From Octopus sinensis (lineage: Eukaryota), in assembly GCF_006345805.1 (NCBI RefSeq), contig NC_042997.1:127782001-127846000 (forward strand): DNA of 64,000 nt, in the 5' to 3' direction. The translations under genes were made by a program, and so were the position numbers. How positions within the stretch are numbered: position 1 is the stretch's first letter; each line of letters starts with the position of its first letter. The notes under the pieces are model-generated. The model was not told the DNA's origin. It did not search any database and saw nothing but the letters and a program-made list of their open reading frames with translations. Shown here piece after piece: positions 36,969 to 47,640 of the stretch.

Positions 36969-37890
36969 GAGAGTGTCCTAAAAGTCACTGATGTGTTTCA
37001 ATTTTTAATAACTTTACAAATAAATGCATGAAATTTTGATGCCTTATAAAGGACATAATGAAAACTATGCAACACATTATGTCCTTATAAAGGACATAAT
37101 GAAATTTTGTTCCCTTATAAAGGACATAATGGAAATTATGCAACACCACTACATTGCATATGAAAAATGACATTGCTTAAATGGCAGCCATTTTCGGCTT
37201 TACAGGCCCGTGCTCTTTCCAAAACTTGCACCATAATACCCTTAAGAGTTTCAGACCCCACTTCTCTGATTTCTCTGTTGATGTTCTCCTTCAGTCGCAG
37301 CAGGGGCTCCGGTTTATTGACACAAAGCTTCTCTTTCAGGTATCTCCATAAGAAAAAATCCGGGCTAGTCGAGCCTATGGAACGTGAAAGACATTCTAAG
37401 TAGACCTCACACATGGTTCTAGCAAGATAGGAAAACTGTTCATACCGTAAGAGAAATAATGCAGATGCTACGGCAGTGCTTTGGAGAGAGAATAATCTCC
37501 TGCTACGGCAGTGTCAATTGGCCTACATATTCCCCAAGCTAGCCCGGATTGTTCCTTGTGGGGATGCCTGAAAGAGAGGCTTTACGTCAACAGACCGGAT
37601 TCCCTGCTGCAACTGAAGGGGAACATCAATAGAGGAATCAGCGAAGTGGGGCCTGAAACTCTTGAGTGTGTTATGGTGCATGCTTTAGAAAGAGCACGGG
37701 CGTGTGAAGCCAAAAATGGCTGCTTATTTAAGTGATGTCATTTTTCATATGTGATGTGTTACAAAATGTGACTTGTGCATATTAATTTCCATTTCGTCCT
37801 TTATATTGTGTCAAAATATGATGCATTTATTTGTTTAGTTAAGGAAGTTATAAAAAACTGAAGCCCGTCAGTGACTCTTGGGACACCCTG
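36969..37890. mobile_element. Foldback Tc1/mariner (rosa DD41D-like) element with about 400-bp inverted arms and TA TSD
   Basis: TA|gagagtgtcctaaaagtcactga...tcagtgactcttgggacaccctg|TA; both arms encode PDF.LW..LKE..YVN.P..L..LKENI; WF*QD...NWP.YSP on plus. Confidence 0.88.
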
Positions 37891-38044
37891 TACTTGTTAC
37901 GGATACGTAAACGGGAGCAGCGTAAAAAGAATTGGGCTACTGAAGGAATTGAACTCACGATCTTCTCAAAATGAGCCAAACGTCCTAAGCACTCGACCAT
38001 GTGCCCTTCACATGTGAAATGTAATTAAGGTAAATATAACCGAT

Positions 38045-38205
38045 AATACTGATTTCAAATTTTGACACAAGGCCAGCAATTTCAAAGGACGGTATAAGAT
38101 AATTACATCGACCCCTGTGCTCAACTGGTACATTTTTCATCGAATTTGAACTTAGGACTCTAAGCATTTTGCCCGGCGTGTTAACGATCCTGCCAAATCG
38201 CCGAC
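38045..38205 (-). mobile_element. SINE family B, old copy
   Basis: ggtttcaaattttgacacaaggccagc-type tail; taagcattttgcccggcgtgttaacg. Confidence 0.8.
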
Positions 38206-38221
38206 TTTATAACCGCTAATA

Positions 38222-38588
38222 TTATTCTTTTATTTGTTTCAGTCATTTGACAGCGGCCATGCTGAAGCACCGCCTTTTTAGTCGAACAACTCGACCCCAG
38301 GACTTATTCTTTGTAAGCCTAGTACTTATCCTATCGGTCTCTTTTGCCGAACCGCTAAGTTAGGGGACATGAACACATCAACAACGGTTGTCAAGCGATG
38401 TTGGGAGGACAAACACAGACGCACAAATATACATACACTTATACGTGTATACGACGAGTTTCTTTCAGTTTCCGTCTACCAAATCCACTCACAAGGCTTT
38501 GGTCGGCCCGAGGTTATAGTAGATAGCACTTGCCTAAGGTGCCACGCAGTAGGACTGAACCCAGAACCATGTGGTTGTTAAGCAAGCT
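38222..38588 (-). mobile_element. SINE family A whose head is interrupted by SINE-B
   Basis: Family A tail and body; the head stops at agcaagctt where the B tail starts. Confidence 0.9.
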
Positions 38589-38780
38589 TCTTATTTCTTA
38601 TTTCTTTATTGCCCACAAGGGGCTAAACATAGAGGGGAAAAACAAGGACAGACAAAGGGATTATATCGAGCCCAGTGCGTAACTGCTACTTAATTTATCG
38701 ACCCCGAAAGGATGAAAGGCAAAGTCGACCTCGGTGGAATTTGAACTCAGAACGTAACGGCGGACGAAATACGGCTAAGC
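38588..38780 (-). mobile_element. SINE family B abutting the family A head
   Basis: ttcttatttcttatttctttattgcccacaagggg...gaaatacggctaagc. Confidence 0.92.
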
Positions 38781-38802
38781 AGTGGTAGAGGATAACACAC
38801 GC

Positions 38803-38848
<46 letters not shown>

Positions 38849-38887
38849 GCACACACTGCCTTTCATTAAATTTTCTCCTTTCAGCTT

Positions 38888-38921
38888 TTCCCTGAAGAAG
38901 GACTTCGTCCGAAACGTTGGA
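38888..38921 (+). ncRNA. Minimal (Penelope-type) hammerhead-ribozyme-like motif
   Basis: tcc-CTGAAGA-a-ggac(ttc)gtcc-GAAA-cgt-t-gga: 4-bp stem II, self-complementary ACGT in place of stem III, 3-bp stem I. Confidence 0.55.
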
Positions 38922-39149
38922 TTTTCAATTCTTTTCCTTGCGACAACTTTATTGTATCTTTTTATCGATTTCAATAATCTATTATCAGTTTTGCCAATGC
39001 AGAGACCAACACCAGCATCTTCGGAGTATTATTGATCATGTATATATCTGATCAATATGTGTGTGCGTGTATGTGTGTGAGTGTTTGTGCACGTGTGTAT
39101 GTGTTTGTTTGTGCACGTGTGTATGTGTTTGTTTATGTGTGCGTGAGCA

Positions 39150-39214
<65 letters not shown>

Positions 39215-39217
<3 letters not shown>

Positions 39218-39385
39218 CACGACGCGCTTCCACACAGTTTCCGTCTGCCCACTTAACTCATAAGGTATGGGTAGGCTCTGGAGCTATGGCTGCGCAGTGG
39301 AAACAAACCGGTTCTTAACCACACAGCCATGCCTGCGCCAGCACCTGCGCCAGCACCTGCGCCTGCACCTGTGCCTGCGCTTATT
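39215..39385 (-). mobile_element. Family A head fragment with a 12-bp tandem expansion of its 5' end
   Basis: ccacacagccatgcctgcgccagcacctgcgccagcacctgcgcc. Confidence 0.7.
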
Positions 39386-39626
39386 TCATATATTTTGTTT
39401 TGTTATTTGCTTTTGCGGGGTTCTTTTTTCCATTTCGCAGGAAAACGAAACTAAATACTCTTGGAGAGGACATTTAGTTCATCGCCGAACATTTTCTCCG
39501 ATTCTATTGATTCTCAATGTTAATCTTCTTCACAATGGTTTATAGCCTCGTCTTGCAGTGTTTGATTGAGTGTGATGCAGTATGACAGCCGCTATATGTT
39601 GTTACTGCTATCGCTGCTACTGCTGC

Positions 39627-39660
<34 letters not shown>

Positions 39661-39959
39661 GCTGTTGCTGTTGCTACTGCTGATGTTGTTGTCATTGCTG
39701 TTGTTATTGTTACATCTAGTTTACTATTCAGTCCGCTTTGATATATCTGCCAGTTTAAGTGTTGATCATAATGGCCAACAACAACACAAGATGAACGCCG
39801 AATAACAAACATAAAATATCTTTGTGTGAAACATCTCTCTAACTAATGAGGAAGTCTCTAGGTAGGCAGTCGTTCCATCTGCTAGAAACAGCAGCAAAAT
39901 CTTCATGGCACATTCTGCTGTATTAAAACATTAGATGAAGGATCTTCAGTCGATGTCTG

Positions 39960-40111
39960 TGATGGGCATTTAGTTGTTCGGTCAGCTTAATTATTTCATC
40001 GGTCATTTAACATGTAAGCGGTTGAGTACCCCTTAGACACAAGAACTTTTAATGTGATACTTAGACCAAATCAGCGTGACATATAGCGTGACAAAGCTGA
40101 ATCTGTGAATA
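39960..40111 (-). mobile_element. Family C tail fragment, cut by the Helitron
   Basis: Reverse complement of gccttgtc..gtcacgctgaatctc..aagggtacacgtgtct. Confidence 0.6.
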
Positions 40112-40500
40112 TCTCTATATATAAAGCTGAAGTTGTCTGTGTATGGCAGGTTTAGTAGCCTTCAACTAACACTATCTCCTCCGAGACCCTGCGGCACAAG
40201 TTGACCAAAATTGAGAGTATAATAGAAGAAGGCTTGCTCTTCCTTCCGTAGAAGAAAAAATTCAAATCGGACCATGATAACACCAAAATTATTTACATCA
40301 AAAAGGTGCTTATTTTCTTTGAAAATCCCTATTTTTTACAATTTTTTTACTGCTGTGTCGCCATTTTTCGGTGTATTTCAACCAGAAAAATGTTCACTCA
40401 AAGAGATTAATAAGCTACATAATGCAAAAGTTTTACTTTTCCAAAATTCCAATTCTAAAGGGTCGAAACAAACCCGAGCAACGCCGGGCGATACTGCTAG
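40112..40500 (+). mobile_element. Non-autonomous Helitron (389 bp)
   Basis: A|TC 5' end (tctctatatataaa), subterminal hairpin cccgagcaacgccggg at 40473-40488, CTAG|T 3' end, no TSD. Confidence 0.88.
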
Positions 40501-40529
40501 TTACAGATAAAAATCCACCTGACACGCGT

Positions 40530-40685
40530 CCACTAGATCCCTGTCTCCTCAATTTCACTCACAAGGCTTGTCTGAACTCGAAGTTATGGTAAAACATATA
40601 TGCCCAAGACTCTACAAATTAGGATCGAACATGGAACATCGGGATTGCGAAGCGAACTTCTTAACTGCTCAACCATCCTCGCGTT
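40530..40685 (-). mobile_element. Old family A-like SINE head and CORE
   Basis: ctcacaaggcttg...tgcccaag...ggatcgaac. Confidence 0.6.
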
Positions 40686-40849
40686 CACGAACAATAAATA
40701 ATGTACACCTAGTTCCACTTAGTTTGAATTAAAAAAAAAGAAGAGTCATGGCTCAAAAGCAAAACAACCACTGCAGCAACAACAATAACAACAGCTATAG
40801 CAATAACGGCAGCAGCAATGAAACAACTGTAACCATAGTGAAAGCCACC

Positions 40850-41695
40850 AAGTGGTCGTTTGACTTACTAGAAACAGAAATAAAATCTACCCTCAAATCT
40901 AACCTTACCGTCATAAAAAAGAAAAAAAAAGAATGATTTATATAGGATAATGTAAACCCGTAGCTGAAGAATTTAAGACGTGATGGTAAAGGCTGGAACG
41001 TCATTCATCATGGGCCTGCTCAATCTGAGGTGATCTCGGACTGAACCACAACAGTAGCCAAAGTGGAAACCCCTACGTAGTCATTTGTCCTGCTAGAAAT
41101 AGCCATGTAACCTCTCTCAAATCTCATTTAAATGTCATGAACGAAAGAAAAAAGGAGAAAGGAAGAATGACGTATTAGATAATGGAGACCTGAATACATT
41201 ATATCGTAAGAATGTCTGGCGTGATGATCACAGCTGGAGCGTTTGTTGATCTTTGATCTACACACCCGGGGCTGAACTACGACTAAACAATGATACGAGT
41301 GACCTCAATCACACTTTCACCTGAACAGGACACAGGACCGCCTAATATTAGTAATTATTAAGCAACATAAAGAGCCAAGCTTTATGTGAAATCATATGAA
41401 ATGTTTATAGTTTTTAAATATAAATATGCTTCGAACGCATTTCAACACTATAGTAATATTTGGGGCTAAACCCTTAAATATTTAGACGAAAATTTAAGAG
41501 TGAAAACTGAATTCTAAAATTTTTGGTGTCTCTTTGGATGTCTAAAAATAGCAATCAGACCTCCCTTAAGTCACACCACTGCCTTTATAAAAAAAAAAGC
41601 AAGAACATTATCGATGTAGTCTTAAGGATCCCCTAAAAGTGAGATGGTCACAGCCGGAATGTTTCTGGATATAGGCCTGATCAACGGATCATTGT
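40850..41695 (+). repeat. Three co-oriented copies of repeat family D
   Basis: ctagaaacag/ctagaaatagcc/ctaaaaatagc cores with gatggtcacagctggaa-like segments. Confidence 0.6.
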
Positions 41696-41729
41696 AAAGG
41701 CCCTGGACTTCACTATCTCGTGTCCTAGG

Positions 41730-41945
41730 ACTCATAGGACCTGTTAACGAGTTTCCATGGCAAATATGGGGCAGAAATCACAACAGCCCTTCTGCACGGA
41801 ATGCCAGACCGTTGCAGGGCTACTCATTTATAACCGAATGGTCAGAAACAATCTGAAATAACATATATTGCTTAAGAACTCAACGCAATGCAACGTCCGG
41901 TCCGGAAATGGAAACCACCCGAACAACCAGGCCATGTGCCGTCAA
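41730..41945 (-). mobile_element. CORE plus V-like SINE (family E), degenerate
   Basis: ggaatgccagaccgttgcagggctactc (V-like) and gcttaagaactcaac (CORE); plus-strand relative at 58240-58440. Confidence 0.55.
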
Positions 41946-42299
41946 TCAATTGAGCCTTACTTGAGACCAAAGAAATGACTAAGCTGCACAGTCATTTACC
42001 TTCTTCGTCGACGAAAGAATCAACTGCCAATGTAACTTGTTTCTCTGACAGTTTATATGTCTATAAACTACAAAGTCACTATAACATTATATATTACGTT
42101 AATTTAGTCGTTCTTAAACGGTGTATCGCAATAAATATTTAGAAGTAACGCTGAACAAAGCCTATATTAATCGCATAGGATATCTTGGTGGGCCTTAGAT
42201 TTCTAAACATATAATTGAAGGCTTTAGAAAATCCATATTAATACTTGAGATTTAAAAATGTTATTAATAATTTTGTTATACATAAATGATTAATAAAAT

Positions 42300-42477
42300 G
42301 AAGTAAGCAGCAGTTTTTTTTTATGTCATCTTTTCTTAATTTTTAAATGTGTAATGTGGTTTTATTCAATTTTCCATGTGAAGTGAGCTAGTAATTTGTT
42401 ATTTAATCTCCTGTGCGCCAGAATTTTCATATTTAATCTCCAGTGCACCACGAAGTCAAAATGTTTGAAAACCACTG
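42300..42477. mobile_element. Possible hAT (Charlie-like) MITE end
   Basis: Terminal tgtttgaaaaccactg. Confidence 0.35.
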
Positions 42478-42819
42478 TGCTAATTAATATAAGATGTATC
42501 ATTAATGAACAGTATATAATGCCAGTACATGTATCACGTCATTGAAACATTACACTAGATTATGCTAATTAATATAAGATGTATGAGGTCTATGCAAAAA
42601 AGTAAGTGAAGTTTTAAAACGGCGAGCTAATCAGCAATTTAATAACGGCCACGTCACACTGCGTCAGTTAGTCATTCGCCTCTCTACACGTGCTTGGGGA
42701 AACGTATGTTTTAAATTCACTCGGCAATTTGTCGTAAGTGAAACAAAGAAAGATTTGGAAAATCAACTTTGGGGAAAAATTCTGTTTTACATTGGAATAA
42801 AAAAAAAAACTATCTTTTT

Positions 42820-42988
42820 TATTTGGTTCAGTCATTGAACTGCTTTCATGCTGGGGCGCCACCTAGAAGGATTTTAGTCGAACAGAACGACGCCAGTACT
42901 TCTTTTTAGTCTATGGGTATCTTCGCCGAACCTCTAAGGTACGGGTACGCCAAGAAGCCAACACTGGTTGACAAACGAATGGGAATAA

Positions 42989-43029
<41 letters not shown>

Positions 43030-43084
43030 CCACACACACACATGTATGTATGTATGCATGCAGGTATGTATGTATGTATGTTTG

Positions 43085-43121
<37 letters not shown>

Positions 43122-43258
43122 CAGGCTTCCACACAGTTTCCGTCGACCGTATTCACTGGGGCTATGTAGAAAGAAGACAGTTACCCAAGGTGCTGCACAG
43201 TAGGGCTGCAGCCAAAAGCACGTAGATGTAAAGTAAGCTTTTTAACCACATGGCCATA
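42820..43258 (-). mobile_element. SINE family A, diverged subfamily
   Basis: ttcagtcattgaactgc..catgctggggcgcc tail; acccaaggtgctgcac; aaccacatggcc. Confidence 0.8.
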
Positions 43259-43264
43259 CCTAAT

Positions 43265-43890
43265 ATCCTTTTCTACTCTAGGCACAAAGCCCGAAATTTT
43301 TGGAGTGGGAGCCAGTCGATTAGATCTATCCCAGTACGCAACTGGTACTTAATTTATCGACCGTGAAAGGATGAAAGGCAAAGTCGACCTCGGCGGAATT
43401 TGAACTCACAACGTAACGGCAGACGAAATACCTATTTCTTTATTACCCACAAGGGGCTAAACATAGAGGGGACAAACAAGGACAGATATTGGTATTAAGT
43501 CGATTACATCGACCCCAGTGCGTAACTGGTACTTAATTTATCGACCCCGAAAGGATGAAAGGCAAAGTCGACCTCGGCGGAATTTGAACTCACAACGGAA
43601 CGACAGACGAAATACCGCTAAGCATTTCTCCCGGAGTGCTAACGTTTCTGTCAGCCTGTCGCCTTAAATATTTTTTTTCTACTCTAGGCACAAGGCCTGA
43701 AATTTGGGGGGAGGTGGCCAGTCGATTAGATCGAACTCAGTACGCAACTGGTACTTAATTTATCGGCCCCCGAAAAGATGAAAAGCAATGTCAACCTCGG
43801 CGGAATTTGAAATCTGAACATAAAGACAGACGAAATACTGCTAAGCATATCGCCTGGCGTGCTAACGTTTTTGTCAGTTCGCCGCCTTAG
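43265..43890 (-). mobile_element. Three tandem SINE family B units with mixed tails
   Basis: Three gtcgacctcggcggaatttgaa-type bodies; internal junction aaagaaatagg|tatttcgtctg. Confidence 0.92.
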
Positions 43891-44587
43891 CCGTATCTAA
43901 TATTACAGCAGATCAATAGGAAGATTGTCTGACCCGTACGCAATGCCATTATTGTGGTACCAGCGTTTCAAATAGGAGAGAAAACATTCACAGAAAATGA
44001 TTCAAAATCTGCACGAACTTTCACGATAACGGACGACATTGCGATAGTGTGAGCTACAATCTGTGTCTGTAGTTGCTTGATTTTCCGTGAGGTTTCCAGG
44101 AAGATGAAAAAAAAAAAAAAGAATTAAAAAACATCGTGTTGTCTCATAATTTATGCCACGTCTTGTGTGAGAACAAAAACAGAACCGAGTCGCTCTCGGT
44201 CATGAGCTGTTTGATCATTTGCTGATGAAAACTAACTGAAAAGTGCCATAATGGGTGACAAAACGTGGGTGGACGGTTATTATATCGAAATAGAAGGTAG
44301 TCGTTGCAATAAATAAATAATTAGATCACAAATAAATGTTGAAAAATAATATTCTGATTTTGAGGCAATTTTCGACGCACCTGAGAGCACTTCCGCGAAC
44401 ACAGCGTGTACATTTTGGAAAGCTCTGATCTAGAATTAAATTATCTAACGTTTCTTTCCTTTATTTAAGGCAGCAAGCAAGTAATCTGAGGGAAAATTGG
44501 CTACTTTTTCAAGCAGATTCAGCAACAATGCATAGGTTTCGCCACTGACTCAGCAAATATTCCAGTTTCGTACAAATATAAGATTTA

Positions 44588-44806
44588 TCTCTTTTACTCT
44601 TTTACTTGTTTCAGTCATTTGACTGCGGCCATGCTGGAGCACCGCCTTTAGTCGAGCAAATCGACCCCGGGACTTATTCTTTGTAAGCCTAGTACTTATT
44701 CTATCGGTCTCTTTTGCCGAACGGCTAAGTTACGGGGACGTAAACACACCAGCATCGGTTGTCAAGCGATGTTGTGGGGACAAACAGACACACAAACATA
44801 TAAACA

Positions 44807-44842
<36 letters not shown>

Positions 44843-44948
44843 TATACATATATACAACGGGCTTCTTTCAGTGTCCGTCAACCAAATCCACTCACAAGGC
44901 ATTGGTCGGCCCGAGCCTATAGTAGAAGACACTTGCCCAAGGTGCCAC
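44588..44948 (-). mobile_element. SINE family A, 5'-truncated
   Basis: (cttttact)n tail through gacacttgcccaaggtgccac. Confidence 0.95.
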
Positions 44949-46074
44949 AGATTTCCTACAGAATTTCCTATCGAATTCCAATTTCATACAAATTTAAAGT
45001 TTATCTCTATAGATAACGAGAACAAAGAAAGACGCAGTATTGACTCCTAAGCCTTTTAATATACTTGCCAGTATATTATGGCTGCAAAACGAAACATTGT
45101 AACCTTGCTTGAAATTAGTTTCATACAGATGTAAATAGGCAGCCCAATTGTTACTACATTTGTTGCGAAAGATCGAAACTTTGTTTAGTTGTGTTACACA
45201 TTGCTTCTGCTACGTTCTGAGTTCGTAACCCGTCAGGATTAACTTTGCTTTCAATCCTTCAGTAAATAAAGTAACAAGTATTGAAATCGATTTTTATTCC
45301 TGTAATGCATCCTAGATGTGAGCGAAATTACGGTAGAAGAAGACCATATGCCTTCTAGACATTTATTTTGTTGATATAGTCCATATATTTTTTATGCAAA
45401 TGTTACAAGAAAGTTAACTCTTTTCGGCATCGATAAAACTGCAGCGCTTTCACAATATGCATTCCATCATACCCACATACTGTGTATCACAAGTCAATCC
45501 ATGTTTTATAGATTATATATATATAGTTTATCATTAAATTCAGAACTACAATATAATCTTTAAAAAAGAAGAACCTGAAGAAAAAAAACTCCCTAAAAAT
45601 ATAAAGAAACTTTCGAGTAATTTTCTGATTCTCATCAATTTTATCTCCGGCTATGTTGAGGATGAGATTTTCCAGATAATGGGATTACGAACAATAATCG
45701 TGGTCTCACTATTAGGTAAATTCATTCCTTTAATATTACACGCATGAAAGGGCATCACTGAATGTCTCCAATGATTGCCGAAAATGATCAATAAAAAAAA
45801 AAATTACCGATTACCAATCAATACTTGTACGCATATTGTGTTTTTGTTTCTGATTCTATTTCCTTCAGTTTCTTCGCCGATGGCAAAATTTCCAAATTTT
45901 CGGCGGAACATTCTTCAACTTGCGCTGATTTGTTTTTGGGGGGTTTGTTTTGTTGTGATTTTTTTGTTTGTTTCCTTTTTTTTTATTACCGCTTTCCATA
46001 TTCTGTTTCGTTGGTTATCTTATTGTGGGCAAGATCTGTGACCGAATCGATGAAACTTTGTAAACATATGCGCA

Positions 46075-46322
46075 CAGCAAACGTCTACAAATATAAGGGT
46101 ACAACAGTAGTCCACAAATTTACGGGTAAAATTATCAACAAATATACGGATATAATAGCTATCTAGTAGCATACAGGTCAGTAAATATACGGGTATGGCA
46201 ACTGTTTAGAAACACACGGGTAAAGCAACTGTCAACAAACACACGGGTAAAGCAACTGTCAACAAATATACGGTTACAGTGGCAATCTAGAAACATACAG
46301 ATAACTGTCTACAAACAAAGGG
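46075..46322. repeat. 27-bp minisatellite, degenerate, resuming at 46760-46800
   Basis: aaacacacgggtaaagcaactgtcaac exact at 46210-46236 and 46237-46263. Confidence 0.8.
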
Positions 46323-46714
46323 CTTTTACTCTTTTACTTGTTTCAGTCATTTGACTGCGGCCATGCTGGAGCACCGCCTTTAGTCGAGCAAATCGACCCC
46401 AGGACTTATTATTTGTAAGCCTAGTACTTATTCTATCGGTATCTTTTGCCGAATCGTTAGGTTACGAGGACGTAAACACACCAGCATCGGTTGTCAAGCG
46501 ACACACAGAAACACATACACACACATATATATACACATACATATATACGACGGGCTTCTTTTCAGTTTCCGTTTACCAAATCCACTCACAAGGCTTTATT
46601 TGGCCCGAGGCTATAGTAGAAGACACTTGCCCAAGGTGCCATGCAGTGGGACTGAACCCGGAATCATGTGGTTGGTAAGCAAGCTACTTACCACACAGCC
46701 ACTCCTGCGCCTAT
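46323..46714 (-). mobile_element. SINE family A, full-length
   Basis: cttttacttgtttcagtc...ccactcctgcgcctat. Confidence 0.95.
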
Positions 46715-46758
46715 GAAAATATGCAACGCTTCACGAAATTGCGTCATCTTTGTGAAGG
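46715..46758 (-). pseudogene. U6 snRNA 3' fragment (about nt 62-106)
   Basis: Minus strand ccttcacaaagatgacgcaatttcgtgaagcgttgcatatttt versus U6 CCTGCGCAAGGATGACACGCAAATTCGTGAAGCGTTCCATATTTT: 38/43 plus a 2-nt gap (U6 recalled from memory). Confidence 0.85.
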
Positions 46759-46849
46759 TATAGTAACAATTTACAAACATACAGGTATAATAGATTTTTA
46801 GTGGTTGTTTGCTAACACCACTGAGATGTGCAATTTAAACTTTAAAGAT

Positions 46850-47640
46850 ATCGTCATAGAAGAGATACAAGCAATATGTTATATATTAAATTCGGTCTCT
46901 TGGGAGATAACAGTTCAAATCCCAATGACTTTGCCATTTACCCTCGCCGCATTGATATTAACATCATGCATCTTTCGATATTTCTTAGCCTTATTTCTTC
47001 CGACTCTCCTCCATCTTCCTTTTACAAACCAACTAGCTCCCATTTCCACTTCTATTTTTCTTCTTTCTATCCTATTCACACAAAAACCTGTCATCTCTTT
47101 TTCTTAACTACTCCAATTTCTGCCACCACAGTAGTGGACACCAAGTCTCTCCGAATGCCTCACGTTTTTGCTCACTCCTCACTCCTGTAGACATGTCGCG
47201 TCACGCATTCCAGGCTATAGAAGGTACTTTTACACGATCTCCCACCAATCACTTTCGCTTCTCGTTTTCTGATTTTCATTATGTTTCCCGTGCACTCACA
47301 TCTTCTGCCTTCAAATACCTCTCCTAATTTAATATATCACTATAATACGAGCGATAACGGTTACAGTCCTGGCGAGCGATTTCGAGAATAGATCATCGAT
47401 GTCTTTAATAATGTCATGAGCGTTCTAAACCCTCTGCTCGCCTCTTCATTTTCTGAGTCCACTCGCTCTCCCACCTCGTCGACTTTGGAATTTGATCAGA
47501 TATCTTAGAGAAAAACGACTCGTTTCCAACTAAAAGCCTCTGCTCCAAGCGGTGTAAACAGTCTCCTCTAAATCCTCTAATTCCAACACCCATTGCATCC
47601 AATCCTTTTCTTTATCACGTCTTGATACTTTGTAGATTTA
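46850..47640 (-). mobile_element. Possible decayed LINE
   Basis: Purine-rich minus strand with coding-like composition and no diagnostic motif. Confidence 0.25.

Larger units (their letters stand above)
42587..44310 (+). mobile_element. Fragmented mariner interrupted by SINE-A and SINE-B
   Basis: TIR-like tatgaggtctatgcaaaaagtaag; WYQRFK; FMPR; MGDKTWV. Confidence 0.65.
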
